NCBI GenBank assembly: GCA_964016885.1
Contig: OZ024743.1
Coordinates: forward strand, 213,218,001 to 213,282,000
Reading direction: 5' to 3'
Length of the DNA: 64,000 nt
Source of the DNA: Eledone cirrhosa
Lineage: Eukaryota
Of the stretch, positions 1 through 12,760 are shown one piece after another. Made by a program: the position numbers and the translations under genes. The notes beneath the pieces were generated by a model. The model saw only the letters and a list, made by a program, of their open reading frames with translations, had not been told where the DNA came from and made no database searches. Position 1 is the stretch's first letter, and each line of letters starts with the position of its first letter.

Positions 1-1108
1 TTTGTATATTGATAACAACTTGAATGATACACAATCATTTCTGTTAGGATATTACAAAACTACCTCCAAGAACAGATGTTGGTGTATTTCAGAAAATTCG
101 TAAAGATTGTTAAGGTCGACATCTACAGCATTTGTTACCTCATTTGTTAACCCTAAACAATGTTCTGCATGGCATTAATGATGTATTAAATTGTTTTGAG
201 AAAAAAACAAAACAAAAAAAAACTGCTGATGCATTTCTAAAACCACGAAGAACAAAGCTAATAAAAATTTCTAAAGGAAAAAACAATAGTAATTATAATA
301 CATAGTCATGATAACAACTCGAAGAATAACGAATGTCAACTAGGAACAATTGGGATAGGGTACTACTACTACTACTACTACTACTAATATGACGACGACA
401 ATGAGATGATGATGGTGATGATCCCGCTATAGGCTGGTTTATTTTAGTTCAGTCAAAGAAAGTGTACGTGGACATTAAGATAAGTAGATTTCTTTATTCA
501 TTTTGACTATTCTATTTGTTTTATTGTTTGTTAATTTGGTTTAATTGTTTAAGGGAATTTAATTTTAATTTGTTTAAATAACGTTCTGTTTCGTGTGTAC
601 ATTTCTTTTTAGATACTTTATATTTGGCTAGTTTAAAAGTTGAGGATAAATTTTAATGTTTATTTCGTTTATACATGTCTATTTAATTATTTAGTTTGTC
701 ATTTGAATTATTTCAGGATATTTTTGTTTTATTTAGTAATTCATATCTAGTCGTATTGTTTAATAATTTACCTAGGTTCATATCAATCATTTTTAGCTTT
801 GAGACTTGTCATTGTTGGTCGAGTATAGGAGATTCGTGTTTCCTCGTTTTATCTCTTTTCACACTGGTTTCTGGCTTTCGTATTAAGTTTTTTGAAGTAG
901 GTTATTTTTTATGCATTTAATAAATGTTCGCGATTTCAAATGCTTCAGGATAGGTTTGTTTGGGACTAACGGTAATTGCAAAGATAATGCTTTGTTAGGC
1001 GGGACATTGCTATGGCGTTTAAATAAATATATCTGTTAGTCATGGCAATGGGTCTTGTTAGTGTAGACGATTGCGCAGTAAGGTCGTAGTAGCTGCAGAT
1101 AATAAGAA

Positions 1109-1291
1109 ATAATTGTTTCTACTTTTGGCACAAGGCCAGCAATTACCCAGTGCATTACTGGTACTTTATTTTATCGACCCCGTAAGGATGAAAGGCAAAG
1201 TGAACCTCGGCGGGATTTGAACTCAGACCGTAGAGGGACGTAACTATGCTGGAAAGCATGGCGTCCGACTCTCTACCGATACTGCCAATCC
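1109..1291 (-). mobile_element. tRNA-derived SINE with Nin/Deu-type core
   Basis: Minus strand has A-box-like TGGCAGTATCGG, B-box GAGTTCAAATCCC, core GCCTTTCATCCTTACGGGGTCGATAAAATAAAGTACC and an ATT tail; many further copies in the window. Confidence 0.85.
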
Positions 1292-1598
1292 TTACTGATT
1301 ATTCTTATACAGAAACTGCGTAATATGACAGCTAAAACCTAAAAGAGTCTGGCCATATCCATATTTAGAGCGGCATAATGTTTGGGAAAAATAGATGATG
1401 TCTGAGGTAGGGATTATGGAGGATATCTTGGTTCTAGTATAGACATTTAGTTTGTAATTGACTTTGTTTTAATTAGTTATAAGTTTAACATTCGATGGGT
1501 GTTTTGTTTTCGGAGTAGATTATTTACGTATATGGACATTCAGTGATTACTTTGCGTTTGTTCCAGGTGTTTCTACGTTTAGTATTATTTGTTTATTT

Positions 1599-1725
<127 letters not shown>

Positions 1726-1897
1726 TATACGATAATTATTACAAGCCAGACAATTATATATATATATATATATATAAATAACGAAAGAATTATGGTAAGG
1801 AGCCAGATGGACCATAACGCACCGGTATAAGGATTATTTAAGTTCAACCGATTACATACGGAATGATCAAGTAGTAGAACATGCGATTTATTCGATC

Positions 1898-2018
<121 letters not shown>

Positions 2019-2142
2019 AGTGTGTGTGTGTGTTTTATGTATTTGTATATTAAATGTTAGTGGGGTGTGTGAAGTGTGGCGTTGGAACGAAGGTCAAAGC
2101 AGGAAAAAAACACGATAGAAAATAGTTAAATGGATGAAGAGT

Positions 2143-2436
2143 TTCAATACTTAGGGTAGTAGAGTGGGTAATAGGAACAAGTATGACGCCGACGGCAGAG
2201 CTCAAGCCGTTTCGACGGGTATTTCTGGACAGGAAATAGCCGTCGAAACGGCTTGAGCTCCGCCGTCGGGGTCATACTTGTTCCTATACATATAAATATA
2301 GTCCAGATTTAGCCGTCGAAACGGCATGAGCTCAGCTGTCGGGGTCTTACTGGTTCCTATTACCCACTCTACTACCTCAAGTATTGAGTACTTTGGTGCG
2401 TTATGGTCCACCTGGTTCCTTACCACATTTCCTTCG

Positions 2437-2440
<4 letters not shown>
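2143..2440. mobile_element. Inverted fragments of a Penelope-like pseudo-LTR (same family as 62341-63770)
   Basis: GCCGTCGAAACGGCTTGAGCTC..GCCGTCGGGGTC..GGTGCGTTATGGTCCA occurs in both orientations; further pieces at ~1779-1830, ~2858-3000 and 8462-8650, all abutting (TA)n. Confidence 0.75.
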
Positions 2441-2478
<38 letters not shown>

Positions 2479-2534
2479 GTGAGGTTTTTTTTTACAAAAT
2501 GAAAAATAACCGAGGTGTCCTACATGAGTGAAAG

Positions 2535-2828
2535 TATAAAGAAAAAAAGATGAAATCGAAAATGCAACTGGAGTCTTATTTAAAAAAAAATATATATATA
2601 TTTATTTGGTTCCTTTACCGGTTTCGCAGTTCTTCTGCTTTTCAAAAGTAGAGTTGAGATGGAGGGTCTGTGGTTTTTCTCACATCTGGTGAGAAAACCA
2701 CAGACCCTCCATCTCAACTCTACTTTTGAAAAGCAGAAGAACTGCGAAACCGGTAAAGGAACCAAATAAATATATATATTTAAAACAAAAATAAGACTCC
2801 AGTTGCATTTTCGATTTCATCTTTTTTT

Positions 2829-2835
<7 letters not shown>
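2535..2835. repeat. Near-perfect palindrome (~150-bp arms) with a minimal hammerhead-like motif in each arm
   Basis: Arms meet at ~2684-2688; motif at 2723-2758 (+) and 2613-2648 (-). Confidence 0.85.
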
Positions 2836-2859
<24 letters not shown>

Positions 2860-2998
2860 ACAAACAGGGTGTGGTAAGATACCAGGTGAACCATAACGCA
2901 CCAGAGTACTCAATACTTAAGGTATAAGAGTGGGTGATATGAAAAGAGTCAGGACTTCGACGGCTGAGCCCCGGCTGTTTCGACAGCTAGATCCGAAC

Positions 2999-3049
<51 letters not shown>

Positions 3050-3050
<1 letters not shown>

Positions 3051-3936
3051 GAGGTGTGTCAGAAAAGTTCCAGGATTGATGTCACAAAAGATTTATTTCA
3101 AACCCAAACTTCACACTAAGAGTTTTCTCCTTCAAAGTAATCCCCCTGGAGTATGTAACTGTCATCTTAGCTCTCTGCAGCGATCAAACTTTTTTTTCCA
3201 TAATTTTATATACATGTCCTCTGTTTCAGGTCGTCAAGCAATGGGCACAGGGCAACGAACAAACTATAAGTTTCTGGTACGGTTGGGGAAAACTCCGTCA
3301 GAAGCACTGGGATTGGTGCAGCAAGTGTATGGAGATGAGACGATGTCACGCTCACGTGTTTTTGAGTGGTGCAAGATGACCCCAGGAGCGGAAGGCACTC
3401 AACAACCAGGACTGAGGTCAACGTTGAGCGCGTCAGGCAGATGGTGCGTAGCGATCGTCGGCTGACTGTTCGACTGATGGCAAATGAGCTGGGTATGAAT
3501 CGGGACAGCGTCTGGAAGATTCTCACTGAAGATTGGGACATGCAGAAAGTCTACGCGAAGATGGTGCCAAAACTGCTGAACGATGACCAGAAGGGTCGAC
3601 GCATGCAAGTGTGCCAGGACATCCTCGATCGTCTTGAAACCGAACCAGACTTGCTAAGGATAGTCAATGACCGGTGATGAGTCATGGATGCTCAAAGGGG
3701 TCATCAAGGCGACCCGTTTTGAAGAGGTGGACGACATCAAAAAGTCAGTGACGACGGAACTGCGGAGGATCCCGGAAGAATCCTTCCATGAGTGCATATA
3801 AGCGTGGCAGAAACGGGTGGAAAAGTGAATTAGACTCCAGGGGGATTAATTTGAAGGAGAAAACTCTTAGCGTGAAGTTTGAGTTTGAAATAAATCTTTT
3901 GTGACATCAGTCCTGGAACTTTTCTGACACACCTCG
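3050..3936 (+). mobile_element. Internally deleted mariner (Tc1/mariner) DNA transposon
   Basis: TIRs CGAGGTGTGTCAGAAAAGTTCCAGGA.. / ..TCCTGGAACTTTTCTGACACACCTCG flanked by TA. Transposase remnants: KFLVRLGKT..SRSRVFEW, DDPRSGR..DRRLTVR, KMVPKLL, TGDESW, then a jump to the C-terminal helix (catalytic middle deleted). Confidence 0.93.
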
Positions 3937-3943
3937 TATATAT

Positions 3944-4061
<118 letters not shown>

Positions 4062-4067
4062 AAGTAA

Positions 4068-4169
4068 GTCCTTCATCAGTGACCCTCCAACCGTCCTAGG
4101 CATTTCATCGCTTTAAGGGCCATATACCTCAGGTTGGTGCGAACAACGGCTAAAAAAAGTCGTTGGGAC
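4068..4169 (-). ncRNA. Permuted hammerhead-like RNA motif (family A, inverted copy)
   Basis: Reverse complement of 5111-5212. Confidence 0.65.
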
Positions 4170-4469
4170 ACGTAAATAAAGGGGACGTTAGGGTGAACAA
4201 ACAAAATCTCTCTCTCTCTCTCTCGTCTGCGACTTCACAGAACTTATGTTTACCGAATTCGCAGACCAGGCCCCTTCTTCTTCTCCCCGTTAGACCTGTG
4301 CGAAATTCCTTTCTTGCTCACATTTCAACCAGGTTTGATGGTCTTTATTCTCTTGTTCACGATTTCACCGAGTTTATATTCATAGAAATCTGGGACTTGT
4401 CTCTTTCTTCTCACTTTCTGTTGCTTAAACCATTTTGTTTGTTCACCCTAACGTCCCCTTTATTTACGT

Positions 4470-4571
4470 GTCCCAACGACTTTATTTAGCCGTTGTTCGC
4501 ACCAACCTGGGGTATATGGCCCTTAAAGCGATGAAATGCCTAGGACGGTTGGAGGGTCACTGATGAAGGAC
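4470..4571 (+). ncRNA. Permuted hammerhead-like RNA motif (family A copy 1)
   Basis: GGGTA-TA-TGGCCC..GAAA-TGCCT..GGGTCA-CTGATGA; see top finding. Confidence 0.7.
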
Positions 4572-5110
4572 TTACTTTTTCATATGTAACACATTTGCAA
4601 CGCCGCAGCTCCATTATTATCATATTTACACATATATTTTTTCCTCTGCTGCCACCCGTCTGTTTCGTTCTTTGTATCTTTACCCTTTCTAGCAGTCTCT
4701 CTCTCTGTTAGCCTCCTCCTCAACTTTCACTCACTCAGTCTCTGTCACTATCTCTCCTCCTCCTCCTCTTTCCTCCTCTTTCTTCCCGTTTGACCTGTCC
4801 GATTTCTTTTCTCGCGCGTTCTTGGCCAAGCCGGTATGATTTTTTTTTCTCTCTCTCTCTCTCTCGTCTGCGACTTCACAGAACTTATGTTTACCGAATT
4901 CGCAGACCAGACCCCTTCTTCTTCCCCCCGTTAGACCTGTGCGAAATTCCTTTCTTGCTCACATTTCAACCAGGTTTGATGGTCTTTATTCTCTTGTTCA
5001 CGATTTCACCGAGTTTATATTCATAGAAATCTGGGACTTGTCTCTTTCTTCTCACTTTCTGTTGCTTAAACCATTTTGTTTGTTCACCCTAACGTCCCCT
5101 TTATTTACGT

Positions 5111-5212
5111 GTCCCAACGACTTTATTTAGCCGTTGTTCGCACCAACCTGAGGTATATGGCCCTTAAAGCGATGAAATGCCTAGGACGGTTGGAGGGTCA
5201 CTGATGAAGGAC
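5111..5212 (+). ncRNA. Permuted hammerhead-like RNA motif (family A copy 2)
   Basis: AGGTA-TA-TGGCCC..GAAA-TGCCT..GGGTCA-CTGATGA-AGGAC. Confidence 0.7.
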
Positions 5213-5267
5213 TTACTTTTTCATATGTAACACATTTGCAACGCCGCAGCTCCATTATTATCATATT

Positions 5268-5361
<94 letters not shown>

Positions 5362-5362
5362 G

Positions 5363-6337
5363 TCAGGTCACTCTTGTGTGGTACTGGTAACATGTAAACC
5401 AGTACAACCTATCGCATGGTCGGGTCGTCGGCGACTAAACCGGCAACCCCCACCAAGTTTACTTGGTGAGAGGGTGATTTTGGATACCCTGCAGGACAAA
5501 CACAAAATCTGACAAAGGGCGGAAGAACTAATAAGAGTCAACGGCCATCCAAAAATGTGTAAATATGTATATACAGATGTACATATGTATGTGTATGTAC
5601 ATGCCTGTGTATATTCCTGGGGTGTTAGAGAGGGGCATGTACCTCTGTAGGGAGGGCTAGCCATGCCCTTTTCAGGACAGCTCGTCCTGCATTGGGTCCC
5701 ACCTGACACTCAGCTCTTACCTGTGGCCCCAAGAAGCTGTAGCATGCGACAGCGGCCACCCCCCCGGTAAACCACCTTGGCTGGCGGGCCGAACCAGGTT
5801 GAGGATAGACTGACGTGTCTGAAACCCCCTGTTGAGTTAGATAGGGGATGCCTGACCCTGCATGCGAAGACTGGGCCTGGCGGAGTGAGTGGAGGAAGAC
5901 AACATCGTCCCGACGGTCACAAAGGCGGAGACAGCAAGCGGTGTGGAGCGCTAGGGCACGGCAAGGCACTACAGACGTCGTGGCCATCCACTGCAGCCAA
6001 GGAAGTCCCTGGTCGTGACGGTCCTCCGTACCACCGGATTCTAGCTTCTGCGGCCGAGTGAGTGGGACCGTCAGTGGCCCTCCCACTATAAACCTTTCCC
6101 ACACAGGTTTCTTCTTTAGCGTGCACACTCAAAGCCCTGCGCCGATGGGCGAGAGGTGGAAGTAACAGGTGGAGGTAACCCATGGGAGTTGCCAGTCTAA
6201 CTCCGGTCTCTTCCGTTGCCCCCACTGTCCCCCGGACCTGCAAGTTAAGGATCGGCCTCCACAGCCACCTTCGTGCCCACGCAGACGGGAACAACAATAA
6301 AGAAGATGTCATCATAGTTTACGATGGACAACCATGA
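5363..6337 (+). mobile_element. RTE-derived non-autonomous element (long 5'UTR-like GC-rich body, RTE-like 3' hairpin)
   Basis: 5' head TCAGGTCAC..TACTGGTAACATGT..GGCGACTAAACCGGCAACCCC is shared with the 25.6-28.5 kb array; ends in CATCATAGTTTACGATGGACAACCAT, resembling the RTE terminal hairpin. Confidence 0.6.
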
Positions 6338-6489
6338 CATATATATACTCTTTTACTCTTTTATCTGTTCCAGCCATCCGGCTGAGGCCAACTATATATA
6401 TACATATATATATTACTTCATTTACACAGTCGAGAAAAGTATATATTCTCAGCTGTCTTCTAGTCCAGCAGTCGCAAGCGGTGGGAGGG

Positions 6490-6533
6490 ACCGTCCTGAC
6501 GAAGGCCAGTTAAGCCTGAAATGCATAGACGGT
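6490..6533 (+). ncRNA. Minimal type I hammerhead ribozyme (PLE-type)
   Basis: ACCGTC-CTGACGA-AGGC(cagttaa)GCCT-GAAA-TGCA(palindromic stem III)-TA-GACGGT; complete core, stems I and II perfect. Confidence 0.88.
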
Positions 6534-6680
6534 TGTCCCCCTTGCTTCCGCCGGACATCACCAGAGGGCGTTAGCCCCCCCCCCCGGTGTTTGCATAACT
6601 ACGGCTTCCTAAAACTGTATTTCTTTGGGGATACCAAATATTTATACATATTGTATAAAGCTATGCTTGAAGCGAAATCC

Positions 6681-6790
<110 letters not shown>

Positions 6791-6796
6791 TATAAC

Positions 6797-7188
6797 ACTA
6801 GACCTGAAAAATCATCAAGCTCAAAAGAGCCACAGAATGTTATAATAACCCTTCAAAAGTCTGGGACTAGAGTTGTTGCTCAAAAATATTATAATCATTA
6901 TCTATCGTACACTCTGTGGCATTATTTTATTAAAAAGAGACTCATAACGAACTCAAGACGACACGATAATTATTTAAGCTAATGTTCAATATCTCATATT
7001 AGATGTTTAGTAATGATTAATACGAAATGCACTTAAACCGAATTCTATATTATAAATTCACTTAAACAATTATTGTGTCATCTTGAGTTCGTTATGAGTC
7101 TCATTTCAATAATTCTAGTCCCATACTTTTGAAGGTTTATTATAACATTTTGTGTCTCTTTTGAGCTTGCGCATTTTTCAGGTCTAGT
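6797..7188. mobile_element. Foldback MITE with long imperfect TIRs
   Basis: ACTAGACCTGAAAAAT..GGGACTAGA is inverted at 7113-7188; inner inverted pair GAGACTCATAACGAACTCAAGA / TCTTGAGTTCGTTATGAGTCTC. Confidence 0.75.
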
Positions 7189-7874
7189 TTAATATTTTTT
7201 TAAGGCAACGCTTGTAATAACTCTAGTTAAACATGATATATATTAATTATAAATTATCGTTGTAATGTAATTAGATTATATAATTGTTATTTTATAAATG
7301 ATCTTATAAATATTATTGTAAGATGTATAAAAATATTTTCAGACTTTTAATATAAACAACTACAAAAAACAATCAATATTAAATAAATATATTTTACATA
7401 ATAATTGTTATAGTTGAATTAATAAAAATTAAATATTACATACAAATAGTCTAACATAATAATAAAAAAATAATCTAACATAATAATAATGAAATAATCT
7501 AACATAAAACGAACAATAATATGGACAAATAAACAAGTAAATATGATACAACCAATATTATAAGCATATTATAACGAACTGAAAAAAAAAGTTAATATAA
7601 ATAAATAAAATCATATATAAATTAACAATATAACTTACCAAAACGAGAAAAATATTTTGATGATAAAACGACGAAATACAGGAGGAAGATTCGAAAGCAA
7701 AACGATAAATAAACGAGCAAACAAAGTGGTTGATTAGCCAATAAGACGATGAAATTAGCCAATAAGACGATACATTACAAAAGATGTTTGGCAGGGATCA
7801 CCACGGCCAGCGAAACCCCTTGAATTTTTCACAAGCTACGCATATATGTCAGACATGCAGACTTAAAACATTCT

Positions 7875-7970
<96 letters not shown>

Positions 7971-8421
7971 GTGTGTGTGTGTTAAAGTATAGCACTTAAT
8001 TTAGTCTCATGGAATATCTGTCTCATATCTAATGGCAACAATAAAGGAAACATATGAGCCAAAATAGAAAATCACAAATGAATTACATTAACAAAAAAAG
8101 CAGGGAGGAAGAGAAGTGAAAGCGAGAGATGTATATATATATATATAAAGCGAGTATGTATATATATATATATATATATATAAAGAGAGAGAGAGAGAGA
8201 GGGAGGGAGAGAGAGAGAGGGAGAGAGAGAGTGAGAGGGAGAAAGACGTTAGCAACAAAACGTACAGTTTTTTTATTAGTCATTTCCTGCTTATCTTGCT
8301 GGCAATAGAAATGAATTAGGTGGAGTTGGAAGACACCCCATGGACAGTTTTAAATACATACAGACGTACCTAAATTTCTAAATGCATGTATGTATATAAT
8401 TACATATAAATGCACACACAC

Positions 8422-8461
<40 letters not shown>

Positions 8462-8463
<2 letters not shown>

Positions 8464-8650
8464 CGAAGGAAATGTGGTAAGGAACCAGATGGACCATAAC
8501 GCATCAAAATACTCACTACTTAGGGTAGTAGAATGGGTAATAGGAACGAGTAGGACCCCGACGGCTGAGCTCAAGCCGTTTCGACGGAATTAGTCCAGAA
8601 TTAGCCGTCGAAACGGCTTGAGCTCAGCCGTCGGGGTCCTACACGTTCCT
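8462..8650. mobile_element. Inverted PLE pseudo-LTR fragments between (TA)n tracts
   Basis: Same family as 2143-2440 and 63586-63770. Confidence 0.75.
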
Positions 8651-8851
8651 ATATATATATATATATGTATATATATGTATATTTATGTATATATACACAC
8701 ACATATATACACACACATATATACATACATATATATATATGTATATATATTACATACATGCATATGTACGTATAATTGTATATATATATACGTAAAATAT
8801 ATATGTAAATATATTAATATATAAATATATATATATACTGTGTATATATAT

Positions 8852-9907
8852 ACCAGATACAAAAATGCGTACAGCAAAAAAAGTAATATTGTTGGAATAT
8901 AAACCTTTAAAAATACAGGACAAGAAACTAAAATAAAACTTTAAAAGAATAGGACAAGAAACTAAGATAAAACTTTAAAAGAATAGGACAAGAAACTAAG
9001 ATAAAACTTTAAAGAATTGGACAAGAAATAAAAAATTTTACAATAATATTAGTGGCAAAATTTTTATTGGTAAAAAATCGAGTTCCACATTCATAGGCTC
9101 TGGGTTCCACATTCAGAGGTCGTCGTCAGACCGGGGGGATCATTAGATCCTGGTTTGAACACCAATTGGGCCATAACCATACCCCTATTTCATCATTCGG
9201 CGACACGCCTCATGTGTCATGCATAATGTGAATGGACCCATGGGCCCATGAGCACAGATCTTGAGCAGCAGCGGACGGTCTTGTCGTCCCGCTCATCCTT
9301 GATCTTGACCAACCCGTCTATCTTCTCCTTGCATCTTGTCCTTGAGTTCAAGTCCGGCAGTCCAGATGAATGCGTGCCACAGCTTTCTGGTACAGGAAGG
9401 GGGAGCAGGAGGAGTGGAGAGATGACGGGACAGAGGGAGGACCGGTGGTTGAGGGAGGTGCCGTAGTCGGTGGTCAGAGTCGACATCTTGTCCCGGTCGT
9501 CTTCTCCATCTTCGTCTGGTGTTGCGGGACCAGAAGTGCATTCTTGGAGGAGACCTGCAGCTGCATCGGCCAATTCTTCTTGCAATGGTCATTCTGACGG
9601 AGCAGAACTGCTCAGCCAACCAACCCCAACCAGAACCAACCGCTCAGGGCCAACGCACAATGAGAGCATGACAATTATTATGCACTAATCAAGAAGATAC
9701 TGGGGCATAGCACAGGAAACGAATAAAATAATTTTGCCACTAATATTATTGTAAAATTTTTTATTTCTTGTCCAATTCTTTAAAGTTTTATCTTAGTTTC
9801 TTGTCCTATTCTTTTAAAGTTTTATTTTAGTTTCTTGTCCTGTATTTTTAAAGGTTTATATTCCAACAATATTACTTTTTTTTGCTGTACGCATTTTTCT
9901 ATCTGGT
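8852..9907. mobile_element. Long-TIR (foldback-like) element with internal 34-bp tandem repeats and a GC-rich core
   Basis: 8852-9068 is the reverse complement of 9722-9907; unit CTTTAAAAGAATAGGACAAGAAACTAAGATAAAA, with one more copy in the left arm. Confidence 0.75.
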
Positions 9908-10321
9908 CTACTATTTTTTAAGGCAATGTAAGCAACAACTATCTAATAATTAAATGATCATAGTGAATTACTGACAAGTGATTGACATTTTAAAGTTCTT
10001 TTGAGTATAATTGCAATCTAGTTGAGGCAACTGGCTTAATGACAAAGCTACGTCATTTCTGGATTACCTCCCCTAGCGTCACGCTTACTACTCACTCACT
10101 TGAACACAAGATTTATCAGCAAACTTTGAGTATAAACTTTTTCCCGCTGGACCAAATTTCTAGATTTTTAAGCCAAAAGATGCGTAATGATCTACTGTTC
10201 ATGCTCATATAAGTTTTATCTCAGTTAAATAAAGTACAGCCGCGCTGTACTGTCGTAAACAGACGATTGCCAACGAAAACACGACCACAACAATATTACT
10301 AAACGGACTACCGTCCGTTTA

Positions 10322-10388
<67 letters not shown>

Positions 10389-10649
10389 TATCACATACAT
10401 ATATACGCATGCTTGTGTATATGTGTATGTATATATCATATATATGTATGTATATACATGTATACATGTATATATATTTCTCTTTCTTTCACTCTCCCTG
10501 TCTCTCACTCTCTCTCTGTCTCTCTCACTGTATCTCTCGCTATATATATCAGTATGAGTTTGTGTGTGTCTGTCAGACTCCTTCTGATAATTGAATGAAT
10601 GGAAGAAAACATGACAACAACAACAGCAACAACAACAATAATAATGGTG

Positions 10650-12760
10650 TAATTTATTGGCCACAAGGACCGACATATAGTAGACAATGCAATGACGGCG
10701 ACAGGGGGAGGGGGGTTACACAAAAATCGAGTTAAAAATAGGAAAGCAATAACATTAAACAAGAAAAATACAACAATGAAAATTCCCCAATAGGGATTGT
10801 AACCACCCAGGGTTGACTCAGACACCCCGCCAATCCTGAACCACCCGACGCTTCGAGGGCATCCGGGAAGGGCACCCCTCTCTTCCTCAAATTCACCAAC
10901 CTACAGGCGCATGATCAAAGTAGGCTCACTCACACGGGCCATTCTCGCCACATTTACCCACCTTTCAACAAATCTACTGGGGAGCAGCACTTCTTTCTAC
11001 ATCCCCATCTTCTTTTCCAAGTGAAATTTGAAAACGTTGATGAGGGATTGGTCGAAAAGAAAAGTGTCTGTCTTCAGTCCTTTCAATCTCGTCCACCATA
11101 CAACCTCTTTCGCTACTGTCACCAGAAAATTGCCTGCCCTTCGTGGCCAAAAGAAGGCGGCGGGTCGATCTTCACTATGGACTCGGCCGATAGCAGGATC
11201 CGTTCTACACGCGTCAACAACTGTGCGACATAACTCCACATGTCAGTAATGCACGGACACTGGACGAGTGCGTGCAGAACGGTTTCGTCGCTCTGCGCGC
11301 ATCTCGAGCAGGTCTGTCTGACAGCACTTCCGTGCCTGTAGAGTTTATCTCGAACCGGCAGTACCCCCCGGTAGCACTGCCAAGCGAGGGATTTTTGGAA
11401 GTTATCCATCGTTCCCGGCTCGAAAGTCCTCCGGAACAGACTCGTTAGTTCGACTACGTCGACACCCATAGTCTCTCCGAGTGCGTCGTTGCACTTTCCC
11501 ACCACTAATCCTCTATAGAACTCAAGAGTGGAAGTTAGTTCCACTGACTGTATTGCCCCCCTGGTAGAGGGAAGTGAGTGCCTGGCAACATTCCAGATGC
11601 CAGTCACCCAGTCTCGGTCTCTTCTTGACCTAGGACTGCAGCTCAGTCAAAGAGACGAGCTGCGAAAAGGCCAATCTGACAAACAGCGACCACACCTATT
11701 CATCGTTTAGGCAGAATATCTGGAGATGCTGCAGCCTCAGTGCATGCCTGTGCAATCATTACACACGGCATGCCCAACCCTCCACGTAGAGGGTGCTGGC
11801 AGCAGATGGACTGCCTTACTAACGGAACCCGTCCCCACCACAAGAATTTGAAGAGGAGCCGTTTCAACTTGGCGAGACGCGGACGAGGGCAAGGCATAAC
11901 GATCAAGTGGTAGTAGATGATGGATGCCATGTACTCATTCGCCACTTCCGCCCGACCTTTTAGAGATAGTTTCCTCGCAGCACATTTCTGGGTGAGACTG
12001 GCTACCCTGCCCGTCACCTCGTCCTCATTCTTATCCACCAGGAGGTCTGGTCCGAACCAAACTCCGAGCATCTCTTCCAGTCTGTCCGTCCAGCGCCCAA
12101 CGACTCTGTTGGACGGCATGGACTTGCCTCTTCAGGTGCCGAGTTACAAGCCCACCGACTTTTCCGGGTTAAGTTTCGCTCCTGTTAACCTTTCATATTC
12201 CTTTAATAAGGTGCTAACCACCTCGATTTCCGAGGTGTCCGACACCATCACGGTGATGTCATCCGCATAAGCCGACACAGCCTTTCCGCGTCCCGGTTCG
12301 AGAGTTGGCCATTAACTTTGAATACCGAGCAAATGCCGCTGTGCATTGCAGCGATCCAGCTTCTGAAGACAGGGCCGAAGTCAGCTGCCTTGAGGACAGC
12401 CTCCAGGTACCGATGGTTGACCCTATCGAATCCTTTCGATTGATCTAAATTGACCAGAACAACCAAGTGAAGTGCTGGCGAAATGCCTCACACATCCGTC
12501 TGGAATCGCTCAGCTCGTGGCCGTCTCGGTCCGTCAAAGACCGAATTGTGGTTTTATTACCACGGTGCGCATCTGCTACGCGGGCCCATCGAACAGATTT
12601 GGTTCCTTCATTTCTCAGAGAACACGCCTTAGCTCTGACAATACAACCTTCGTGTTTCGCATTGAAGAAATGGTCTAATGTCACTCTTGCCGCTAGCACA
12701 TCCGTTGCAATGCCACTACTATAAATAGCCTCGTCCAACACAAGCTCACGCACACGCTCT
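10650..12760 (-). mobile_element. Decayed, 5'-truncated and internally deleted Tx1-clade LINE
   Basis: ORF2 pieces homologous to the intact copies (NLDQSK.FDRV.H.YL, AYADD, KLSLKGRAEVAN, FQKSLAWQCYRG, C..C...ETV.HALV.C); 3' end GTGGCCAATAAA followed by TTA/TTG repeats. Confidence 0.9.

Noticed and set aside
480-1540. Possible ancient LINE ORF2 3' remnant on the minus strand, split by a SINE
   Set aside because: Composition is suggestive but no motif could be read with confidence.
5625-6315. Overlapping GC-rich ORFs of 94-167 aa
   Set aside because: Lie in an RTE 5'UTR-like body; no recognisable domain.
8905-9030. 34-bp repeats as a CRISPR-like array
   Set aside because: Contiguous tandem units without unique spacers, in eukaryotic context.
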